Source of the DNA: a virus
DNA length: 64,000 nucleotides
Reading direction: 5' to 3' (one strand)
IMG/VR virus record: IMGVR_UViG_3300030102_005560
Span: 17,288 to 81,287 of that record
Within the stretch, counting starts at the first letter, position 1. Each line of letters starts with the position of its first letter. Below are positions 58,039 through 64,000 of the stretch, one piece after another. The translations under genes were made by a program, and so were the position numbers. The notes beneath the pieces are model-generated. The model was not told the DNA's origin. It made no database searches and saw only the letters and a program-made list of their open reading frames with translations.

Positions 58039-58342
58039 AAGCGGTTACCCAAGACCCCTCTCTTGGATAGGCATCGGCGATTAAGTGACTGATGCCCGGC
58101 TTGCCCTTGTCCTTCGGGAAAGTACCACAGTGCTCTACCTCATTCTCATGTCTCGGCTTGGTGTCCTTGTTCAGGTTCCTTTGAACAACCAGCCACATGT
58201 ACTCGGCAATGCGCTCTTTGAACACTTCCTCATCATCACCGAATATGCGCATGACCGCATCGGTTGCTCCTAGGAATCCCTCCAGATTATTAGTCCAATG
58301 TGGGTTCTCCACGTCAAATATGTCTTCCAATTTCATGAGCAT
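58010..58342 (-). CDS. Hypothetical protein
   Basis: Operon packing with upstream gene. Confidence 0.5.
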   Translation of the reverse strand: MLMKLEDIFDVENPHWTNNLEGFLGATDAVMRIFGDDEEVFKERIAEYMWLVVQRNLNKDTKPRHENEVEHCGTFPKDKGKPGISHLIADAYPREGSWVTAFKTRQSSQD

Positions 58343-58950
58343 CCCTCGCAGTACTTCCTTAGTTTACCCTTGCCGTGCTGCTCGAAGACCTTCTGGCAAG
58401 TGGCACACTTGTACTCCCTGACCACAGGCACGTACTTCTTCCTCTCGAAGTCCCTCGACTGCTGTCGCCTTCGCTCTTTGTAGCAAGTGGGGCACACCTT
58501 GCGCACCCTGCCTCTGCCCTTCTTGACGCCAAGGCTACATCCGCACATCTCGCAGTTGCCCTGCTCCCTCTCCACAGGAACCCTGTTCTTCTGCCTGTAC
58601 TTCTTGTAGGCCTCCTTCCTTCGCTCCTCCCTGCACACACCGCAGAACAGCCTCTTGCCTCCTCTGCCTGTCTGGGTAATCATTCTGTCACATGTCTTGC
58701 ACTTGTGCTCCCTGACAATCTTCTCCTTGGGCTTCTTCTTCTGCCTCTTGTTCTCTGCCCTGCACTGGTCCGAGCACATCTGCGGGTTCTTGCCCCTCTT
58801 CGACTCGAACGTGAAGGGGGACTCGCAGACTATGCATGTGCCTATGAGCATCTTAGGTGGCTCAGGCTCCGGCTCAGGCTCTGGCTCCTTGCGCACGGCC
58901 TTGCCTAGGAAGCCAGCCACTAGGTCATCCTCAGAAATCCCCGACGGCAT
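58333..58950 (-). CDS. Basic protein with four tandem C4 zinc fingers
   Basis: Four CxxC...G.G..R..CxxC-type units joined by K/R/E helices. Confidence 0.75.
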   Translation of the reverse strand: MPSGISEDDLVAGFLGKAVRKEPEPEPEPEPPKMLIGTCIVCESPFTFESKRGKNPQMCSDQCRAENKRQKKKPKEKIVREHKCKTCDRMITQTGRGGKRLFCGVCREERRKEAYKKYRQKNRVPVEREQGNCEMCGCSLGVKKGRGRVRKVCPTCYKERRRQQSRDFERKKYVPVVREYKCATCQKVFEQHGKGKLRKYCEGCS

Positions 58951-59521
58951 GCTTGACCTCCTCTTCCTGTTTCAACTTGGTGAAGTCCATCTTGGTCGTC
59001 CCTGCTCCCTCTATGGCGAAGGACGTGCAAGTGTCACCTGCTCTCACCGTCCATGTCTCACCTAGGATGTCACCCAGAGCCGCTGTGATAGCAGCAGCGT
59101 ACTTGTCATCACCTGCTGCCCACTTGGTCTCATCAGCCATCTCCTCAGCGATGTCCTGTATCGCCTTCTTCACGACGATGCTGTACTCATCGTCTGGTGC
59201 ATCCTTGGGCACGAAGTTCCTGATTGCTATCTTGAGCAACCTGCTCAGGACCTTCTTGGTCGGTAGTTTCGCAGCGACTCTCTGCCTGACCTGCTTGCAC
59301 CGCCTGTACCCACGTCCGTTCGTCTTTCCTGTTTCCTTGACCTCGGTGCCTATCGTCAACGAAGACCCTGTCTTCATGTCAATCACTAGCAATTCCGGGT
59401 CGGCATAGTAGTCCTCATCAGGGTCATGCATGTCCTTCTCTATCTTAGACAGCATCATCCCTGCTTTCTTCAGTGCCGTTCCGCTTCCGTCGGTCCAATC
59501 CATTTCTTCTACATTCATCAT
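58931..59521 (-). CDS. Hypothetical protein
   Basis: Genome-typical codons; preceded by the conserved promoter motif. Confidence 0.7.
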   Translation of the reverse strand: MMNVEEMDWTDGSGTALKKAGMMLSKIEKDMHDPDEDYYADPELLVIDMKTGSSLTIGTEVKETGKTNGRGYRRCKQVRQRVAAKLPTKKVLSRLLKIAIRNFVPKDAPDDEYSIVVKKAIQDIAEEMADETKWAAGDDKYAAAITAALGDILGETWTVRAGDTCTSFAIEGAGTTKMDFTKLKQEEEVKHAVGDF

Positions 59522-59532
59522 TCTCTCTCCTT

Positions 59533-59550
59533 CTATTCCTTTTTATAGTC
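59533..59550 (-). promoter_or_regulatory. Conserved promoter motif GACTATAAAAAGGAATAG, copy 2
   Basis: Upstream of ATG 59521. Confidence 0.75.
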
Positions 59551-59794
59551 AAGACTGCCTGAAGTCAATCAGGTACAGCCCTGCCTCCTCTTCCTCACTA
59601 TCATCATGCTCACGCACGTTGACTTTCTCATTCACTTTCACTTTCACTTTCAGCAGCGTGTTCCTCCTGTACTGCTCCTGCCACATCACCTTGATGCAGT
59701 CCTCACACAGCCTGCCGTTCTTGGCAGCCTTCGCGCTCGGCTCTGTGTACTCAGCACCACACAGGGTCTCGTCTAGTATTCGGAAGTGAATCAT
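59549..59794 (-). CDS. Small zinc-binding hypothetical protein
   Basis: H..LCG...LCEDC; ATGA overlap. Confidence 0.6.
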   Translation of the reverse strand: MIHFRILDETLCGAEYTEPSAKAAKNGRLCEDCIKVMWQEQYRRNTLLKVKVKVNEKVNVREHDDSEEEEAGLYLIDFRQS

Positions 59795-59958
59795 TCCTCT
59801 TCACCTCCGAGGTCTTTGCTTGTCGGAAAAATCAACCTGCTCAAGGGTTGTATTCCCATTTCTTCCAACTTCCTCCGCCACTCTTCCACATCGCTTGAGT
59901 TTCCTGTTCGGCTCTCTTGTATCCAAAAGAAATCTATTCGTGGGTCTGGGTCAGTCAT
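59791..59958 (-). CDS. 55-aa hypothetical protein (not in ORF track)
   Basis: MTDPDPRIDFFWIQESRTG...GGEEE; ATGA overlaps at both ends. Confidence 0.6.
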   Translation of the reverse strand: MTDPDPRIDFFWIQESRTGNSSDVEEWRRKLEEMGIQPLSRLIFPTSKDLGGEEE

Positions 59959-60263
59959 TGTCCCTTCTCCTCCTTCTTCTCTCGCACTATCCCTCCGGGT
60001 GCGACTTCCTCGTACTCCATATCGTCCCAGTATATGAGCCAGTCATTTACGCTGAGATACCACTCGTGTAATTTCTTTATCATGTCTATGAACTGAGCAT
60101 TGCTTATCGTGGCTGAACCTAACACACCATCTTCACGTTGTAGTGTGAATTTTATTGGGTCCATGGGGCCTCTTTCGTTTGAATTAAACACATTACCAAT
60201 GCTACATATCTCAAACTTACTATGTAGGTGCGAGTCCTCCTTTTCCATCCATGGCTCGCTCAT
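59955..60263 (-). CDS. Hypothetical protein
   Basis: TAATG overlap with upstream gene. Confidence 0.6.
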   Translation of the reverse strand: MSEPWMEKEDSHLHSKFEICSIGNVFNSNERGPMDPIKFTLQREDGVLGSATISNAQFIDMIKKLHEWYLSVNDWLIYWDDMEYEEVAPGGIVREKKEEKGQ

Positions 60264-60508
60264 TATATCTTCTCCTTGTACTCGGTGTGGCTCTTAGGCA
60301 ACTTGTGCCTGCGTCTCCCCATCATGTTCTCTATCAGTCCAAGGACATTCGCACCAGCCTTGGTGAACCTGTCCTTCGACACATTGTCATCACACATCCG
60401 AGACTTCAACCTGCTGAGGTCTATCTCGGTGACTATGTGATTGAGTATCTCGTACTCAACGTGTGTCACGCTCGCTGCTCTCTCTTCTTTGCTTCCTCTC
60501 TTCTTCAT
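60263..60508 (-). CDS. Hypothetical protein
   Basis: Operon packing. Confidence 0.6.
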   Translation of the reverse strand: MKKRGSKEERAASVTHVEYEILNHIVTEIDLSRLKSRMCDDNVSKDRFTKAGANVLGLIENMMGRRRHKLPKSHTEYKEKI

Positions 60509-60743
60509 CTTTCATTTCTCCTATCAGTTGTTGAAGTGCCTCTTGCAGTTCCACTGCCTGCTCTATGGTCAAGCGCACTCCGTGCTTGGTCCATGTGCCG
60601 GGGACCTTGGACTGGTTCAACAGCCTCAGGTCTATCCACAATTGCTTGTAGTACTCTATCCCCCTCAGGAACACCATGCCCTTGCCGTCCCTCCACTTGT
60701 GCTCCAAGCAGGGGGAGCGCCACGCTATTATGTCGTCCATCAA
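60456..60743 (-). CDS. PC4/p15-like ssDNA-binding protein
   Basis: EYYKQLWIDLR...TKHGVRLTIEQAVEL fits the PC4 consensus. Confidence 0.7.
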   Translation of the reverse strand: MMDDIIAWRSPCLEHKWRDGKGMVFLRGIEYYKQLWIDLRLLNQSKVPGTWTKHGVRLTIEQAVELQEALQQLIGEMKDEEERKQRRESSERDTR

Positions 60744-60754
60744 TATCTCTCCTT

Positions 60755-60772
60755 CTATTCCCTTTTATAGTC
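60755..60772 (-). promoter_or_regulatory. Conserved promoter motif GACTATAAAAGGGAATAG, copy 3
   Basis: TATAAAA 23-29 nt upstream of ATG 60740. Confidence 0.75.
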
Positions 60773-60777
60773 AAGAG

Positions 60778-60891
60778 TCATAGTCCCTGCTCGATGATGC
60801 AATCGTAGCATCGCTCCTTCTTCGGGTCCCATGCGAGGTTCCTCTGCTTCTTGCATATGGCGCAGTACCTGCCTCTGTACTTGTTAGCCAT
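60778..60891 (-). CDS. 37-aa zinc-finger microprotein (not in ORF track)
   Basis: MANKYRGRYCAICKKQRNLAWDPKKERCYDCIIEQGL; GGAG SD; starts 1 nt after upstream stop. Confidence 0.6.
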   Translation of the reverse strand: MANKYRGRYCAICKKQRNLAWDPKKERCYDCIIEQGL

Positions 60892-60892
60892 G

Positions 60893-61612
60893 TCACTCCT
60901 CTTCTCCAAGCACTGACGTCACCTCGCAGTATGTCCCGTACATCCAAGGTGGTATCTTCTCGCCAGTGTTAGGGTCGGTGGTTCCGATTAGTACCCCGAG
61001 GTCACCCTCGTCTATGGCTCGTATCATACCGGCCCTGTCCATCGCCTTCATCAGTTGGCCCGATTCGTTCACGTACTGCATGAACCTGTCGTCCCCCTTC
61101 AGCAGGTGGTAGTCATCAGGGTCTATGGATAGAACCTGCTCGGTGTTGGGATTGAGGAGCGGGTACTCCCATACCTCTACCGTGGTCGTCTCCCCGTTGT
61201 CCAAGAGTATCTCCTTGTCCTCGACGAACCTAGGGTAAGCACCGTCCAAGTTCATGTCAATCAGGAGGGTGCCGTCCTCGTCGGCCCAGCCTTGGGCTAT
61301 CCTCCTCTTCATGTCCAACTCCTGCATCTGTGCCTCCATCTGGTTGAGAGGCTCAGGGACCAACTCAGCACCATCGTCCTCTATGGTGTAGCCCAAGTCC
61401 CACGCAACCGTCTTCATCCTGTCGTGGTTGCTCCTGCACCCCTCGGTATCCACTAGCCTCAGCAGCGTCAGTTTGTTGCCCTCCTTCTTCTGGTAGGTCA
61501 CGCCCGCATTCTCGGGCATCCATATAGCACCTACAGCCATGTTGGCGAAGTGCTCCTTCATCCATCTTCTTAGTCCTTCATCTGGTTTCCATTCATCATT
61601 CATTGTTATCAT
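60893..61612 (-). CDS. Hypothetical acidic protein
   Basis: Long ORF with genome-typical codons. Confidence 0.7.
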   Translation of the reverse strand: MITMNDEWKPDEGLRRWMKEHFANMAVGAIWMPENAGVTYQKKEGNKLTLLRLVDTEGCRSNHDRMKTVAWDLGYTIEDDGAELVPEPLNQMEAQMQELDMKRRIAQGWADEDGTLLIDMNLDGAYPRFVEDKEILLDNGETTTVEVWEYPLLNPNTEQVLSIDPDDYHLLKGDDRFMQYVNESGQLMKAMDRAGMIRAIDEGDLGVLIGTTDPNTGEKIPPWMYGTYCEVTSVLGEEE

Positions 61613-61916
61613 CTCCCTTTGTTTTTATTCTCAGGAATTTGTTGGTTTTCTTACACATCATAACCTCACCTTTGTCTGTTACCAAACACGTACAACCTGT
61701 GCATTCAACCGTACTATCAAGGGGGCAGTACCTACCCCTCCCATCGAATGATGCATATAGAACCTTGCACTCTAGTTGACCATCGTTGAAGTAAAACTTG
61801 AGTTCGGCACCAACTATGTCCATTATGAGATTCTCGGGAAGCGGGAAGAGCCCATCCCCATCCACCTCGCTCATGGTGAACTCGTGGTGACCTTTCCACG
61901 GGAACTTATCGCTCAT
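61596..61916 (-). CDS. Hypothetical Cys-containing protein
   Basis: ATGA overlap with upstream gene. Confidence 0.55.
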   Translation of the reverse strand: MSDKFPWKGHHEFTMSEVDGDGLFPLPENLIMDIVGAELKFYFNDGQLECKVLYASFDGRGRYCPLDSTVECTGCTCLVTDKGEVMMCKKTNKFLRIKTKGDDNNE

Positions 61917-63901
61917 GCCAGAGCCCCCCTTCTGTAGTCACGTTCCCATATCGATACGACGTTGAACCCCATCTCACTGAGTATCCTCTCCTTCTCCATC
62001 TGCGACTCGTGCAACTCACGGGCTGTCACGTCACTGTGTGGGTGTGGTGTTGCTTCTGGTGAGAAGCACTCAGGGTTGCCATGCCAGACATCACCATTGA
62101 ACTCGTACGCTGTGTTGGTCTCCTCGCAGTACCCATCTAGGAGGTAGTACCTCCCACTGCCCAACTCGACTCTCAGTTCGCCTCCGTTCTCGGCATGCTG
62201 GATTTCCACGTTCTCCATCTTGGATATCTTGTTCAGCCAGTTGATGGCCATCCTCGAGTAGTTGCTCGGCTCCCTGCCTAGGGAGTAAGTCACGTCAGGT
62301 GGAACCTTGCCGGTCCAGTGCCCTCTCCTCTCCTTGATGATGCTGTACCTGCTCTTGTCGTCAGGACCCACTGGGTCATAGACGGCGTACTTGTCGTAGT
62401 CCTTGATGTAGAACCTGCACAGGTGTGGCCTGACATACCTCGCAGCGGTGTTGCTCTTGCGCTTCCTGCCACCGGGGTAGATGTACTGCACCCTGTCCGT
62501 GCCCCATACCAACTTCCTCTCCACTCTCATCTTGGGCACCTTGTGCCTCAGTGCCTTCCTCACGGTCTTGGGGTCGACGCCTGTCGATACCTTGACCGTC
62601 TTCAACGAGCCTCTCATCTCAGGTGAGTTGAGAGCGCATATCAGTTTGGTAGCCAACTCCAGTTGGTTCGGCAGTTCCTTGTCATAGTTGGTGGTGCCTT
62701 CGGTCGGGTCTAGGTAGATGCCCACTGACTCCGCTGCTAGGTAGTTCTCGAAGTCAGCAGCAGCACCACCGAGCGAGGAGGGCTCGAGCCCCATGGTCTC
62801 GAACACCTCCTTGAACTCAGCCTTGTTCCTTACCTTCTCCCTCTTCCTTCCGAAACTGAACATCCTCCGTATGTCAGTAGAGGTGATTCTCTCAGGTAGC
62901 GCCTCGACCTTCATGGTCTTCACGCTGACTGCCTTCAATCCTCCTTGCGGCGCCTGCCCAATCGGCTCGTGTGCCATGCACAGGACGTCGTTCTCTACCC
63001 ATAGGCTCAGTGCAATCTCCTCGTTGTACTTGTCTAGGTTCTTGAACATGAACCTCGTGCCCTTCTCCAAGTAAGACGAGGCTAGGAACAACTCCCTAGG
63101 TATGGAGAGTTGCGCATTGCTCACTCTCGATAGTATTGACTTCCTGACCTCTATCGTCTCGAACCTCTCGCTGATGCGCCTGAATCTCCTCCCCATGTGC
63201 ATCAGGAACAACTGGGATGTCTGTGGTGTGTAGAGGCTACCGAAGAATCTCTCATACTCCGTCTCAGCGCTATCGGATTTAGAATCGGCTGCTATTCTCG
63301 CCATGGCTTGCGCTGTCAGCGTGCCTACCCCGAGGCCTTCGATGCAGCCGTCCTGTCTGAGTCTGCCGAACCCGAACATGCCACTGGTTTGCAGCACCAA
63401 CCACGCGGGGGGCGAGAGTCTCATGGTGCCGAGGGTATCAATCCCATCCAACTCTATCGAGTTATCCAGAACGGCGGTGTGCAGGAGGAAGCAAGGTTGC
63501 CCGATATCGACTATGAAATCGTCGGGGGTTATGTTCTTGTTACAACGCCGCACCATATCTGCAAAGGTCTCGAGAGTCACAACCACCGTTGTCATGTCGA
63601 AGGTCCTGAACATGTCATCTACCTCTGCTCCCCTCGCTGGTCTGCCATCGACCTCGTACTGCTTCAGAACATACGAGTCATTGTACAGTCCCATCAGGTC
63701 GAACACGGGCTCCTCAGTGGGGAAGGAGAAGACCACATGGTCGCAGCCACTCAGTTCTACGAACGACTCCAAGTTCATGTTGGCCGTATGGTCCTCCACC
63801 AACAGAGTGTCACCGGGATACATGGCTGACTCAATCGCGTCGGCGGCTCTCTCCATTCGCTTACGGTACTTTTGCAATTCAGGTATCTTGGGTGTAATCA
63901 T
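61913..63901 (-). CDS. Large protein with C-terminal Vsr/DUF559-like endonuclease domain
   Basis: S.MAINWL..IQHAENGGE..LDGY...NTAYEFNGDVWHG...GFNVVSIWE. Confidence 0.7.
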   Translation of the reverse strand: MITPKIPELQKYRKRMERAADAIESAMYPGDTLLVEDHTANMNLESFVELSGCDHVVFSFPTEEPVFDLMGLYNDSYVLKQYEVDGRPARGAEVDDMFRTFDMTTVVVTLETFADMVRRCNKNITPDDFIVDIGQPCFLLHTAVLDNSIELDGIDTLGTMRLSPPAWLVLQTSGMFGFGRLRQDGCIEGLGVGTLTAQAMARIAADSKSDSAETEYERFFGSLYTPQTSQLFLMHMGRRFRRISERFETIEVRKSILSRVSNAQLSIPRELFLASSYLEKGTRFMFKNLDKYNEEIALSLWVENDVLCMAHEPIGQAPQGGLKAVSVKTMKVEALPERITSTDIRRMFSFGRKREKVRNKAEFKEVFETMGLEPSSLGGAAADFENYLAAESVGIYLDPTEGTTNYDKELPNQLELATKLICALNSPEMRGSLKTVKVSTGVDPKTVRKALRHKVPKMRVERKLVWGTDRVQYIYPGGRKRKSNTAARYVRPHLCRFYIKDYDKYAVYDPVGPDDKSRYSIIKERRGHWTGKVPPDVTYSLGREPSNYSRMAINWLNKISKMENVEIQHAENGGELRVELGSGRYYLLDGYCEETNTAYEFNGDVWHGNPECFSPEATPHPHSDVTARELHESQMEKERILSEMGFNVVSIWERDYRRGALA

Positions 63902-64000
63902 TCAACCATCTCACTAGCAATCATGCCAATCAGCATCTTGTTCTGCATCTCCAGCAGTTCGATTATCCTATCCAGTTTCCTCTCCACTGCTTTGTCATGC
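63898..64000 (-). CDS. 3' end of hypothetical gene (runs off window)
   Basis: ...HDKAVERKLDRIIELLEMQNKMLIGMIASEMVE*; ATGA overlap with next gene. Confidence 0.55.
   Translation of the reverse strand, partial: HDKAVERKLDRIIELLEMQNKMLIGMIASEMVE

Noticed and set aside
58858-58887. PEPEPEP coding repeat as a functional DNA repeat
   Set aside because: Simple low-complexity protein linker with degenerate codons

Overview
The window is about 64 kb of a tailed dsDNA virus genome (Caudoviricetes) with archaeal-type genes. Gene content most resembles the magroviruses of Marine Group II Euryarchaeota (Poseidoniales); this is inferred from motifs and gene content, and no database search was run. Two gene blocks converge at ~40,767. 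The + strand (1-40,765) is the morphogenesis block: 3' part of an HK97-type major capsid gene, head-tail adaptor, tail terminator, tail tube, tail chaperones joined by a -1 frameshift, a short tape measure, a distal-tail-like protein, a 6,143-aa LamG-containing giant protein, a hub, three fibre proteins and a fibre chaperone. The - strand (40,770-64,000) carries a thermosome, DEDD exonuclease, MCM-like ATPase, XPF/ERCC4 nuclease, fused PriS-PriL primase, Cas4/AddB-like nuclease, MazG-like protein, PolB, PCNA-like clamp, RadA-like ATPase, RPA-like protein, RFC small subunit, a degenerate ATP-ligase homologue and many small zinc-finger/early genes. One kinase-like gene is inverted onto the + strand. 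The most unusual signals are: (1) fibre genes that look daisy-chained by a shared C-terminal domain and a shared N-terminal peptide; (2) four homologous domains apparently nested inside one another in the giant protein; (3) apparent purging of GATC, AGCT and CCWGG; (4) an AT-rich palindromic island inside the giant gene; (5) a ligase homologue lacking its catalytic lysine; (6) a kinase with a short N-terminal tag; (7) an 18-bp early-promoter motif present three times. I saw no tRNA, rRNA, CRISPR array, integrase, intein or reverse transcriptase.
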